Positions 47,112 through 56,766 of a stretch of 64,000 nucleotides of DNA are shown here, one piece after another. The stretch is from IMG/VR virus record IMGVR_UViG_3300030330_005471. One strand, 5' to 3'. The stretch's first letter is position 1, and the number at the start of each line of letters is the position of its first letter. Made by a program: the position numbers and the translations under genes. Below the pieces are notes generated by a model. That model ran no database searches. It had not been told where the DNA came from and was given only the letters and a program-made list of their open reading frames with translations. This DNA comes from a virus (Duplodnaviria; Caudoviricetes).

Positions 47112-49130
47112 ATGTCGGAAGAATTAGATATAAGAAAAAAATTTGACAACAACACAGACATTACAAGATCAATAAAAGAACTATTTGGACCAGAAAAAAT
47201 GTGGTTCAACTCTGCTAATGGTATTAATATAGCAAATCAAATATTATCAACAGCTAGAGTGTTTGATGAAAAGCATGGTCCAATTTTTAATTACAGTTTA
47301 ACAGCCCCAATGCAGTGTGGAAAAACACAAGCAATTAATACTGCGATTGCTCACATTTTTAAAACTAGAAAACAAAATATAAATTTAGTGTATTATATAT
47401 CAAACGCCAACAACGGCTTACAGGTAAAAACAATAAATGAGATAGCAAATTTTTGGCTTGAACTCCAAAAGTATGACAATTCATGGGAAATTTATAATAA
47501 CGGTGATGGTAAGATTGATGTTGTGTATAAAGATCAATGGAAATTGGAGATAAGAGTTATCCACAACGGAAATGCTAAAAGAATAAAAGACTCAATAGCT
47601 GATGAAATCAAGGCAAACAAAGAACAAGCAATACAAATAATCATATACGATGAAGCAGATCAAGCCTATGGAAAAGAGTCTCAAAGAGATAAATTTTCTC
47701 AACGAATCCTTCAAAGAGAACATGCTTATGATAAACAAAGCTTCTATCAAAGGCAGCTGCTTAACATGCTTGAGATATCAATTTCTGCTACAGACTTTGC
47801 AAACAAATTAGACTTTGAAAACACAACGATAAAAGAGTATACAAATTTTTTAAATTTCGAAGTCCACCCAGCATATTACGGATTGGACAGAATTCACGAT
47901 GAAGGCTATTATAATGAATCTTGGGGACTCATTGAAAAAAGTAATTTTGTGCAAGAAAAAGTTGATAAGTTTGTTACCAAGGTTATAAATCCATTTTTAA
48001 ATGGCACACACCGAGAACAAAACACAAGACCTTTAGGCATGATGAGGGTCAAACGTGGTAATAAAAATAAATTTCGGTTTGTCGATGCACTGAAAAACTC
48101 TACTAATTTAAACACAAAAGTAGCATCAGCCAACAACATACAAGAATTTAATAAACTAGTACATGATGATAAAACCAAACTAATCATCCTCTCTTACAAT
48201 GGAAAAGACTTTTCTAGAAGTGATGTTGAACAGATTATTCAAACTTTCAGAAAGGCAACAAAACCTGCATTTAAAAGTAAATTTTATAATTTTAATAAAC
48301 ATCAGAAAAAAGTTATTATTACTGTTGACGGAGTTATGAAAGCCGGAGATGATTTAATAGGTAAAAGCCTTGAATTTGTTGCTTTTTGGTGGGAAAGGTC
48401 ATTAAGTCAAAATTCAACATTTGAAGCTCCTTTGCAAAGTCTTGGGAGGGTATGTAAGATATCCTATAACAAGATTTTACCACCAATAGTATACAGTGAC
48501 CTTAGACTACCAAATATCATCAAACAATATACCACGGGTGAAAAAACAGCACACGAAATACCAAACAGAAATATTGGTAAGGTGAAAGAGAACAAGAAAA
48601 ATACAAACAGTTTTGTATTCTATTATGATTCAGAAGATGCAGAGCAGGCAAAAACCAAGATGGAAAAAATTGCTTCATTTTTTAATGAACATATTCCCAA
48701 CTTATTTCACCTTTGTGGCAAACCACGCTTCTATTATGGAGATAACTGGCCTGACGAGCATAAAGTGTGGAAAGGAAAGAGTTTTAAACACAATCAATCC
48801 TATCAGGAAAACGTCTCACCAACAGTTAATACGATCTGTGATAAAAGAGACTTCGTACTCAAAAACAATATCTTCCCACCGAACCTTGTGCAAGACGGTT
48901 TTGGCCAACTCCACAAGAACAAAGCAAATACTCGAATTTACGCTAAGAAGATTGGTAATATCTATAGATGTGCTTATGTGTCGACTTTTTTAGAGACAGA
49001 AAAAGTTATATGCGATTCTTTTGAAAAGTTTTCAAAAAGACCATCAGCCACCAACACAGTATATATAAAAACTAAACCTGAACAATACAAACCAAAAAGA
49101 GAAACACAGGTTAACAAAGAAGCATCATAA
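47112..49130 (+). CDS. SF2 helicase-like ATPase resembling Z1-domain R-M-associated proteins
   Basis: APMQCGKT, IIIYDEADQ, SATDFAN, YYGL, LQSLGR. Confidence 0.65.
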   Translation: MSEELDIRKKFDNNTDITRSIKELFGPEKMWFNSANGINIANQILSTARVFDEKHGPIFNYSLTAPMQCGKTQAINTAIAHIFKTRKQNINLVYYISNANNGLQVKTINEIANFWLELQKYDNSWEIYNNGDGKIDVVYKDQWKLEIRVIHNGNAKRIKDSIADEIKANKEQAIQIIIYDEADQAYGKESQRDKFSQRILQREHAYDKQSFYQRQLLNMLEISISATDFANKLDFENTTIKEYTNFLNFEVHPAYYGLDRIHDEGYYNESWGLIEKSNFVQEKVDKFVTKVINPFLNGTHREQNTRPLGMMRVKRGNKNKFRFVDALKNSTNLNTKVASANNIQEFNKLVHDDKTKLIILSYNGKDFSRSDVEQIIQTFRKATKPAFKSKFYNFNKHQKKVIITVDGVMKAGDDLIGKSLEFVAFWWERSLSQNSTFEAPLQSLGRVCKISYNKILPPIVYSDLRLPNIIKQYTTGEKTAHEIPNRNIGKVKENKKNTNSFVFYYDSEDAEQAKTKMEKIASFFNEHIPNLFHLCGKPRFYYGDNWPDEHKVWKGKSFKHNQSYQENVSPTVNTICDKRDFVLKNNIFPPNLVQDGFGQLHKNKANTRIYAKKIGNIYRCAYVSTFLETEKVICDSFEKFSKRPSATNTVYIKTKPEQYKPKRETQVNKEAS

Positions 49131-49178
49131 AAAAAATAAAAAAACCCCTTGACAAACAAGGGGTTTTGTGTTATAATA
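49127..49178 (+). repeat. Promoter direct repeat, copy 2 (dnaE promoter)
   Basis: TTGACA 49149-17-TATAAT 49172. Confidence 0.95.
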
Positions 49179-49205
49179 TAAACATCAATATCTCGGAGGA
49201 TAATA

Positions 49206-52200
49206 ATGAAATTTGTAAACTTACACGCACATAGTGGTGTAGGCTCGCCCTTTGACGGCTTTGGCTACCCACAAGAACACATGGACTTCGCATTCGAAAA
49301 CGGATGTGAGGCTCTCGCACTTACCGATCACGGTAATATGAATGGCTTTGCTTATCAAGTTCTTCACGCAAAGAAGATGAAAGCAGCCGGAAAGAACTTT
49401 AAGCCGATATTCGGAGTTGAGGCTTATTTTATTCCATCGGTTGACGAGTGGAAGGTCCAACTTGAAGAGTTCAAGAAGGATAAGAAGAAGGCCAAGACGA
49501 TCAACGCTGATCGCTCTGGTACAAACATCGAGGCTGATGGTGAGTCCAAGGGCATGTCCAAGTCGGACATCAATCGTACTCGTCATCTGATTCTTATCGC
49601 AATGAATCAAACAGGTCTCAACAATATTTTCAAGATGGTCTCGGAGTCTTATCACGGAGACTATTATTATCGTAAGCCAAGAGTTGACTATGATCTTCTA
49701 TCAAAGTATGGCGAAGGCGTTATTGCCATGTCCGCTTGTCTTGGTGGAGTTTATGCTGGTTGCTATTGGCAAAAGCGTGAAGAAGGTGATGAAGCTGTGT
49801 TGGATTGTATGCGAGAGGTTACTCGCGAAATGCAAAGCATCTTCGGTGATCGCTGGTATGGCGAACTGCAATGGAACGGAGTACCAGAGCAACACGAACT
49901 AAACAAATATATTATCCAAATTGCTGACGAGTTCAATATGAAACTGGTCTCAACTGCTGACTCGCATTATCCAAATCCTGACGCTTGGAAGGACCGAGAG
50001 TTATACAAACGCCTTGGTTGGCTCGGCAAGGGTAAACCGGAATGGTTGGATATGAATATCCCATCAGAAGTTCAAGAACTTGAATACGAATTATATCCAA
50101 AGAATGGCATTGAGATGTGGGACGCATACATTCAATACTCTGAGGAGTGTGATGTTGAATATGATGACGACTTGGTTCGAGATTCTATTGAAGAATCTTA
50201 TCGTATTGCGTTCGAACGTTGCGAAGACTTTATGCCCGACACAACTGTTCGTCTTCCCGACTTTGTCGTTCCTGCTGGATATGACGAGGACGGATATCTC
50301 AAGCGTCTTGCTTCCGAAGGTCTATTCTCTATTCTTAAGTCCAAAGGGCTCACTCAGAAACAAACTAAGTCTAAGTCTCTTATTCATGAATATGAACAAA
50401 GACTTGAACACGAACTATCGGTCATTGCTGATCGTGGTTTCTCAAAATACTTTCTAACTATGAAAGCTATCTCGGACAAAACAAATGAAGTACAATTATC
50501 GGGGCCCGGTCGAGGCTCTGCGGCTGGTTCTCTGGTTGCTTATGCTCTTGGCATTACTCAAATTGATCCAATTAAATATGGCCTTTTATTCTCGCGTTTC
50601 CTCAGATCGGATGCGACTGATTATCCTGATATTGATTATGATGTTTCCGATCCTATGGTTCTTAAGGACATTCTAATTGACGAGTGGGGAGACTCAACCG
50701 TTGTTCCTATTTCTAACTGGAACACTCTACAACTGCGTTCGCTTATCAAGGACATATCAAAGTTCTATGAGATTCCGTTTACGGAGGTGAACGCAGTAAC
50801 AGGCAAGATGTTGGCAGAAGCAACCCCTCTTGCAAAGAAGAAGCATGGCATCAAGGCTGGTGTTTACACTCCAACCTTTGAAGAGGTCATTGAGTTTTCG
50901 GACTCTCTCCAGAAGTTCTTCAAGAAGTATCCAGACGTCAAAGACCATTGTGAGGCTCTACAAGGCTCATACAGGTCGTGCTCTCGACACGCTGGTGGTG
51001 TTGTGGTCGGTGAAGGCTTAGACCGTTATATGCCTCTTATCTCGTCCAAAGGCGTCAGACAGACTCCTTGGTCCGAAGGTCAGAACGTTCGTCAACTTGA
51101 GCCAATGGGTTTCATCAAGTTTGATATCCTCGGTTTGTCAACCCTTCGTATGATTGAAGATTGTATTGGCAAGATTCTTCGACGTCATCACGGTATTGAG
51201 AACCCAACGTTCGAGGACATCAAAAAATACTATGACGAAAAGCTTCATCCCGATAACATAGATCTAAACGACCAACAGGTTTACGATACTATATTCGGTG
51301 AAGGTAGGTGGATTGGTATCTTCCAGTTCACAGAGAACGGAGCACAACGTTTTGCAAAACAGGTAAAACCAAAGTCTATCATTGACCTCTCCGCTATTAC
51401 TTCTATCTATCGTCCCGGTCCGTTATCGGCTGGTGTTGATAAGTCTTATGTCGAAGCGGTTGAAGATCCATCGAGTGTACGATATCTTCATCCAATCGTT
51501 GAAGAAGTAACCAGAGAAACACATGGGTTCCTTATCTTCCAAGAACAGATAGCTATGCTAGCTTATCGTCTAGGTGATGGCATCACAATGGACGAGGCTA
51601 ACTTGCTTCGTAAGATTTTAACTAAGAAGGGAACTGGCAAAGGTTTCGAGGTCAAGGATAGAATCCACACCAAGTTTATTCGCGGTTGCAAAGGTCATGG
51701 TATATCTGAGCATGAAGCACAAAGACTGTGGCAAACCTTTGAGTATTTCTCTGGCTACGGTTTCAACAAATCTCATGCTGTCTCGTATTCTGTTATATCC
51801 TATCAGTGTGCTTGGCTCTGTACCTATCATCAAACAGAATGGGTTGCTTCATTCTTGGACAAAGAGCCAGAGTCTCGCAAGGAGAAAGCTATTAACTTAG
51901 CTAAGCAACATGGCTACAATATCAAACCTTTAAATGTCAATTATTCAGAAGACACTTGGCGTATTGAAGATGATGAAACTCTTATCGCTCCTCTCACTGG
52001 TATCAAAGGTTTTGGAGATTCAGCGTTCGAACAGATTATGCTACACAGACCTTTCAACACTGCTGAGGAACTGTTGTTTCATCCAGATGTTAAGTATTCT
52101 AAACTCAACAAGAAAGCATTGGATGTTCTTTGTCGTGCTGGTGCATTGAGTGATTTGGTTGATGAAAGGTTCACTGGAGATAAACACTTCTGGTCTGCTG

Positions 52201-52652
52201 TATGTGTTGATAAGCCGAGAACAAAGAAAAAGCTTGACGAGAACATTGAGACATATCGTCCCGAAGGTTCGTTCACTCAAGAGGAAAAGATAGAACACAT
52301 CGCAGATCTCACAGGCATCTTTCCCATCTCAATGGTTATGACAGACCATATTCAGAATAGACTAGCAGAGAAATTTGTCCCACCTATCTCAGAGTATGAC
52401 AACGACTTGCAGCTTTGTTGGGGTATTCCTCGCAAAGTTGAGCTAAAGAAGACTCGTAATGGTAAGCATTATTTTATGATTACACTTATTGATTCCAATT
52501 CGGTTGAGACAAGAATACGCTGTTGGTCTGTTGACCCCAACAAAGATGTAATATACCCAAACAGACCATATATGTTGAAGCCTAAATATTCGCTTGACTG
52601 GGGTTTTAGTACTTACGGGAGGGTTGACCAGTCATGGGTTCTTTTAGGATAG
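49206..52652 (+). CDS. dnaE: DNA polymerase III alpha subunit
   Basis: PHP LHAHS..ALTDHG, GPGRGSAAGSLVAY, PDIDYD, HAGG, KFDILGL, YGFNKSHA. Confidence 0.97.
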   Translation: MKFVNLHAHSGVGSPFDGFGYPQEHMDFAFENGCEALALTDHGNMNGFAYQVLHAKKMKAAGKNFKPIFGVEAYFIPSVDEWKVQLEEFKKDKKKAKTINADRSGTNIEADGESKGMSKSDINRTRHLILIAMNQTGLNNIFKMVSESYHGDYYYRKPRVDYDLLSKYGEGVIAMSACLGGVYAGCYWQKREEGDEAVLDCMREVTREMQSIFGDRWYGELQWNGVPEQHELNKYIIQIADEFNMKLVSTADSHYPNPDAWKDRELYKRLGWLGKGKPEWLDMNIPSEVQELEYELYPKNGIEMWDAYIQYSEECDVEYDDDLVRDSIEESYRIAFERCEDFMPDTTVRLPDFVVPAGYDEDGYLKRLASEGLFSILKSKGLTQKQTKSKSLIHEYEQRLEHELSVIADRGFSKYFLTMKAISDKTNEVQLSGPGRGSAAGSLVAYALGITQIDPIKYGLLFSRFLRSDATDYPDIDYDVSDPMVLKDILIDEWGDSTVVPISNWNTLQLRSLIKDISKFYEIPFTEVNAVTGKMLAEATPLAKKKHGIKAGVYTPTFEEVIEFSDSLQKFFKKYPDVKDHCEALQGSYRSCSRHAGGVVVGEGLDRYMPLISSKGVRQTPWSEGQNVRQLEPMGFIKFDILGLSTLRMIEDCIGKILRRHHGIENPTFEDIKKYYDEKLHPDNIDLNDQQVYDTIFGEGRWIGIFQFTENGAQRFAKQVKPKSIIDLSAITSIYRPGPLSAGVDKSYVEAVEDPSSVRYLHPIVEEVTRETHGFLIFQEQIAMLAYRLGDGITMDEANLLRKILTKKGTGKGFEVKDRIHTKFIRGCKGHGISEHEAQRLWQTFEYFSGYGFNKSHAVSYSVISYQCAWLCTYHQTEWVASFLDKEPESRKEKAINLAKQHGYNIKPLNVNYSEDTWRIEDDETLIAPLTGIKGFGDSAFEQIMLHRPFNTAEELLFHPDVKYSKLNKKALDVLCRAGALSDLVDERFTGDKHFWSAVCVDKPRTKKKLDENIETYRPEGSFTQEEKIEHIADLTGIFPISMVMTDHIQNRLAEKFVPPISEYDNDLQLCWGIPRKVELKKTRNGKHYFMITLIDSNSVETRIRCWSVDPNKDVIYPNRPYMLKPKYSLDWGFSTYGRVDQSWVLLG

Positions 52653-52807
52653 GTGAATTGGTGCAATATGCATTGGCAAACGAACCACTGGGTCTTATCA
52701 TTGATCATCGCGATGAATGGAAGGTTATGAAGATCTTGTGGTTCACATGTGACCGACCCATGTGGGTTGAGAAAAAATATATAAAAAAATACTTGACAAA
52801 AACTTGA
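52634..52807 (+). CDS. KOW/SH3-like small protein (57 aa, absent from ORF track)
   Basis: MGSFRIGELVQY..LGLII..KILWF. Confidence 0.5.
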   Translation: MGSFRIGELVQYALANEPLGLIIDHRDEWKVMKILWFTCDRPMWVEKKYIKKYLTKT

Positions 52808-52820
52808 AACGTGTTATAAT
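52793..52820 (+). promoter_or_regulatory. sigma70-like promoter of the R-M pair
   Basis: TTGACA-16-TATAAT with TG and A-tracts. Confidence 0.8.
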
Positions 52821-52846
52821 ATGAATATGAAAAAAAGGAGGATGAT

Positions 52847-53365
52847 ATGACTATCATACACAATCATGGTGCTGCTGTGTCTGGCACTAAATCAGAAAAA
52901 GAATTACACAGGATAACCGAATCTGTTGGTTTTGCTTACTTAAAAGTTAAAGAAGACTTTGAAAAGCGAGGTTTGTCTGAGTGGGGTAGGAGATACCACA
53001 AGCCTCCAAAACTCTGGAACCAGAAAACAAAGAAAGGAAAGCAAAGAAAGTTTGTTTCTGATGGTTTCATACCGATAACAGAAGATGGAAGAGGAATTAT
53101 CATAGAACAAAAGCATTCCGATAAACATGGAACAACCGAAGAAAAAGTCTTCTATGACTTAAAGAAAATACAAAAAGGTGTTTATGGAAGTGAAAATGTT
53201 TTATGGTACGTATTCACCGGAGAAGCAGCGGGAGATATCGAGGTTTACAAAGAATTCTGCTTGGAAGCTGAGGCTCTTAACTTAGATGTTAGAATAATTT
53301 GGGGCTTCGACAATTATAAAAAACAACTACAAAAATTAAAGGAGAAAATCGATGGACAAGGATAA
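52847..53365 (+). CDS. PD-(D/E)XK restriction-like endonuclease
   Basis: SG..SE..FVSDGFI..IIIEQKHSDKHGTTEEK; adjacent to MTase. Confidence 0.7.
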   Translation: MTIIHNHGAAVSGTKSEKELHRITESVGFAYLKVKEDFEKRGLSEWGRRYHKPPKLWNQKTKKGKQRKFVSDGFIPITEDGRGIIIEQKHSDKHGTTEEKVFYDLKKIQKGVYGSENVLWYVFTGEAAGDIEVYKEFCLEAEALNLDVRIIWGFDNYKKQLQKLKEKIDGQG

Positions 53366-54497
53366 AAAAATAACAACCTATGGTATTCGTTACTTGGGAA
53401 GTAAAAACAAAATATTGCCACTAATCACACAGGTTATAAATGACTTGGACAAACAAGACATGAGAGTAATTGATGTGTTTACAGGCACGACAAGGGTCGC
53501 TCAGGCCCTTAAACAAGAAGGTTACGAGGTTATCACTAGTGACCTATCTTGGGCCTCTGAGGTGTACTCTGAGGCGTTTATATGCAATAATGGAGATGTA
53601 TCACATCTCGAGCAATACATCGATCAGCTTAACTTGGTTAAGCCAAAAGCTGACTGGTTGACGAAACACTATTGTAATGTTGCAGCACAAGCAGATCCTA
53701 GTGTCAATATTAAAGTGTGGACAAAGAAGAACGGAGAAAAGGCCGACGCAATAAGAGAGGAGATAGAGAGCATGGAAATAGAACCATGGGAAAAGTCTTA
53801 TCTAATAGCGTGTCTTATCTTTTCCCTAGATAAGTTAGACAACACCGTTGGTCTACAACAAGCTTATCTTAAGGGATGGAAGTCAGACAGAGTTCATAAA
53901 GACTTGGTTCTTTCTCCTCTGCCGGGTATTGAAGGATTGAAAGGAGAGCACATCTCCGGAGACGCCTTGAAGATAGCATATCCAAGTGCATCCGTTGCTT
54001 ATCTTGATCCACCATACACAGCAGCAGACTATTCAACGTATTATCATATTTGGGACAGTATTGCCCGTTGGGATAAACCGCAAGTAAGTCTCAAGACCAA
54101 CAGAAGAATCGACAGAGTAAAGCAAAAAACAAATGAAAAATGGGATAAAACTATGAAAAGTCCTTGGTATTCTAAGAAAACAGCTTTGAAGGCAACTAAA
54201 GAGCTCATAGACCGACTCCCAGTTAGATATTGCGTATTCTCTTATTCTGATGAAGGTCTTATCAAGTATGATGAAATGGAAGATTTATGCAGCAACTATG
54301 AAAGCTATGAGTTTCACCAACAAGAGCACGACAGACATGTTATGTCTCGTATTGGTGCTGGTGGTGACAAAGCAGAGAATGCAAAGAAGAAAAAGAATGT
54401 CGAGTATGTTATAGTAATCGACAAAGGTGAAGAAGTAGATATGGATGACGTAACTGCTGATTATACCGGTGAGATATACAAAGGAAAACATTTATAA
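53352..54497 (+). CDS. N6-adenine DNA methyltransferase (D12 class)
   Basis: RYLGSK, DVFTGT, YLDPPY. Confidence 0.9.
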   Translation: MDKDKKITTYGIRYLGSKNKILPLITQVINDLDKQDMRVIDVFTGTTRVAQALKQEGYEVITSDLSWASEVYSEAFICNNGDVSHLEQYIDQLNLVKPKADWLTKHYCNVAAQADPSVNIKVWTKKNGEKADAIREEIESMEIEPWEKSYLIACLIFSLDKLDNTVGLQQAYLKGWKSDRVHKDLVLSPLPGIEGLKGEHISGDALKIAYPSASVAYLDPPYTAADYSTYYHIWDSIARWDKPQVSLKTNRRIDRVKQKTNEKWDKTMKSPWYSKKTALKATKELIDRLPVRYCVFSYSDEGLIKYDEMEDLCSNYESYEFHQQEHDRHVMSRIGAGGDKAENAKKKKNVEYVIVIDKGEEVDMDDVTADYTGEIYKGKHL

Positions 54498-54527
54498 CAT
54501 TGTTACAATAACAAAAGGAGGTAAATA

Positions 54528-54833
54528 ATGTGGAATGACAATAAAGACAATATAGTGATGGTCGCTGAGTGGGATGATGAGTCCGTCGACAAAGACGAGG
54601 CTGGTCACATGATCGACTTCATCAAATCAGTAAAAGCGATTGAGGATGCAATGGCTCCGTACAAAGAGCAGTTGAAAGACCTCAAGGCAAACTATAAAGA
54701 GCAAGAGTGGTTGGATGCAAAACAACAACGAATGGCTATTAAGATTCATCGTATGATTAAAGATGATGTTGATCTATCTGAGTTTATAGATCTGTACAAT
54801 TCAATTAACACCATTGTTAAAAAGGAGGACTAA
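54528..54833 (+). CDS. dsDNA-binding protein (T4 DsbA/GapR-like)
   Basis: FIK.V..IE......EQLKDLK..YK...LD.K..R.AIK pattern. Confidence 0.5.
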   Translation: MWNDNKDNIVMVAEWDDESVDKDEAGHMIDFIKSVKAIEDAMAPYKEQLKDLKANYKEQEWLDAKQQRMAIKIHRMIKDDVDLSEFIDLYNSINTIVKKED

Positions 54834-55093
54834 TGGAAGTAACAAATGAAAACCCGCAAGAAACTCACCTGTTAACTCAGGGGGACTTGGCAATAGCAGC
54901 GTATGCTTTGTCTGAAGTGTTTAACTCATATCTTGAACAATACCAACAAGAAGAGTTTGGAGAATTAACCAAAGAGCAGATGGAAACATCCATGAACAAC
55001 TTGAGATTGACTTTTGTAAAGTTTGACTCAATGTTGAGAGCATTAGACCCAGAACAGGAGGAAACAAATGAAAGTCAAAATCAAAAAGCTTAG
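54833..55093 (+). CDS. Hypothetical protein
   Basis: RBS GGAGG; coupled to neighbours. Confidence 0.6.
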   Translation: MEVTNENPQETHLLTQGDLAIAAYALSEVFNSYLEQYQQEEFGELTKEQMETSMNNLRLTFVKFDSMLRALDPEQEETNESQNQKA

Positions 55094-55487
55094 TCCCGAT
55101 GCCAAGATACCTAGGTATGCTAAGCCCGGTGATGCCTGCATGGATCTCTATGCTGTTAGTCACACGCTTGATAAATATGGCAATCAGGTATATGATACTC
55201 AAATAGCTATAGAAATACCGGAAGGTTATGTTGGCTTAGTGTTTCCAAGATCGTCCGTATCCAAGACTAGACTCTCATTACGAAATGCCGTAGGAGTGAT
55301 CGACTCTGGATACAGGGGTCCAATAATGCTAAAATACGGTGGAGACTCTGCCGGTTGTTACTTAGCAGGAGACAGAATAGGTCAGATAATGATTCTACCA
55401 TATCCTCAAATAGAGTTTGAAGAAGTTAATGAACTTTCTGATTCCGAGCGTGGATCGGGTGGTTTTGGTTCAACAGGAACTAATTAG
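55068..55487 (+). CDS. dut: Trimeric dUTPase
   Basis: GDACMDL, PRSS, GVIDSGYRG, GDRIGQ, RGSGGFGSTG. Confidence 0.96.
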   Translation: MKVKIKKLSPDAKIPRYAKPGDACMDLYAVSHTLDKYGNQVYDTQIAIEIPEGYVGLVFPRSSVSKTRLSLRNAVGVIDSGYRGPIMLKYGGDSAGCYLAGDRIGQIMILPYPQIEFEEVNELSDSERGSGGFGSTGTN

Positions 55488-55490
55488 GAT

Positions 55491-55811
55491 ATGTCAGAAG
55501 TTAAGAAGAAAGTACAGTTCGTAGACACGGACATACGACATGCACAACTCAGAATTCAGCTTGAACGAGAAGATCTCACACAGGCTGAATTCTTTCGTGC
55601 CTGTCTAACGGGAATGATTGAAAATGACCCAGCGTTCATGAAGTATATAAGAAAATACAAGGACTCAAAAAACATCGGACAGAAGCGGTCAGCTAAGATA
55701 TTAGAAAAAGAAGACCAAGCCTCAGACGATCTTATGAAAAAGTTCGGTATTAAAGACGATGAACTTGAAAATATTTTTGATTTAATTGCTGAAGAACATC
55801 CGGATCTATAA
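55491..55811 (+). CDS. Hypothetical, possibly ribbon-helix-helix DNA-binding protein
   Basis: KKVQF..HAQLRIQL..LTQAEFFR. Confidence 0.45.
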   Translation: MSEVKKKVQFVDTDIRHAQLRIQLEREDLTQAEFFRACLTGMIENDPAFMKYIRKYKDSKNIGQKRSAKILEKEDQASDDLMKKFGIKDDELENIFDLIAEEHPDL

Positions 55812-55869
55812 TACTTTTCTACTTTTAGCTTCTATTTATATTAGATTTAACATTAAGGAGATACAATCA

Positions 55870-56460
55870 ATGTCTAAAAAACTTTTATCAGAAGCCCAAG
55901 TTCGCCGTTTCCAAAGCTTGGCAAGTATCAAGCCCCTTCAAGAAATGGGTAGTTACGCTATGAAGCGTGACGAAAAAGAAAACAATGAAGGTTTATATCA
56001 AGAAGAAGTTGTTTCTGAGGAAGAAGAAAAGCCTATGGAAACAATGTATGAGGAAGAAGCCGAAGATGAACCAGCACCAGCACCAGAACCAGAAATGGAC
56101 ATGGCTGACGCTGATGGCGATGAAGTCGATATGACCTCTGATGATCTTTCAGCTGTGGCAGATGCTCTTGACACTCTTTCAAGCAAACTAGCACCCTTAT
56201 TGGACGCAGTTGACGCACCAGAAGGAGAAGACGAAGCTGCTGAAATGCCTGCTATGGAACCTTCAGCTGATGCTGGCGAAGAAGATGAAGAAGAACCAGC
56301 TGGTGCAATGGATGATATCCTTCAAGAAGCTCTTAAAGGTATTGAGTACGAACCATCTCAAGGCGAGATTGTTAAGGCTGTCGCTCTTCGTGTAGCTAAA
56401 AGACTACAAGAAGCAAAGAAAGCTCAAGCAAAATTAGATAAAGCGTTAGGAAGAAAGTAA
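55870..56460 (+). CDS. Highly acidic candidate internal head/core protein
   Basis: CTATTTAT at 55832; LLSE..RRFQSLASI..LQE N-terminus echoing scaffold RMKKLAGI. Confidence 0.6.
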   Translation: MSKKLLSEAQVRRFQSLASIKPLQEMGSYAMKRDEKENNEGLYQEEVVSEEEEKPMETMYEEEAEDEPAPAPEPEMDMADADGDEVDMTSDDLSAVADALDTLSSKLAPLLDAVDAPEGEDEAAEMPAMEPSADAGEEDEEEPAGAMDDILQEALKGIEYEPSQGEIVKAVALRVAKRLQEAKKAQAKLDKALGRK

Positions 56461-56462
56461 AA

Positions 56463-56765
56463 ATGAAAATTACCAACGAACAATTAAAGCAAATTATCAA
56501 AGAAGAGCTTGAAGGAGTTCTTGAAGAACAACCTATCAATGAATCAATCAGTAATTTTTATGATAAACTTTTCAGATTAATTTTTGATTTCAGAAGAACA
56601 GCTTTTACCAGTCACGAAGACATGGTAAATAAAGTAAATGGAGCCGTTAAAGAAATTTTACAAAAAATGGAATCAGCACCAAATATCGGTCAAAGCAAAG
56701 CTGATCAAGCAAATGCCGAAAGTAGTGTTGTAGTTGGTGATCCAATGATGGAAACAAAAAAATAA
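56463..56765 (+). CDS. Candidate internal head protein
   Basis: MKITNEQLKQIIKEELEGVLEEQPINES leader. Confidence 0.6.
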   Translation: MKITNEQLKQIIKEELEGVLEEQPINESISNFYDKLFRLIFDFRRTAFTSHEDMVNKVNGAVKEILQKMESAPNIGQSKADQANAESSVVVGDPMMETKK

Positions 56766-56766
56766 T

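Noticed and set aside
34793-52652. Inteins or introns in nrdJ and dnaE
   Set aside because: Lengths are ordinary, motifs are contiguous, and no C/S...HN splice signatures were seen
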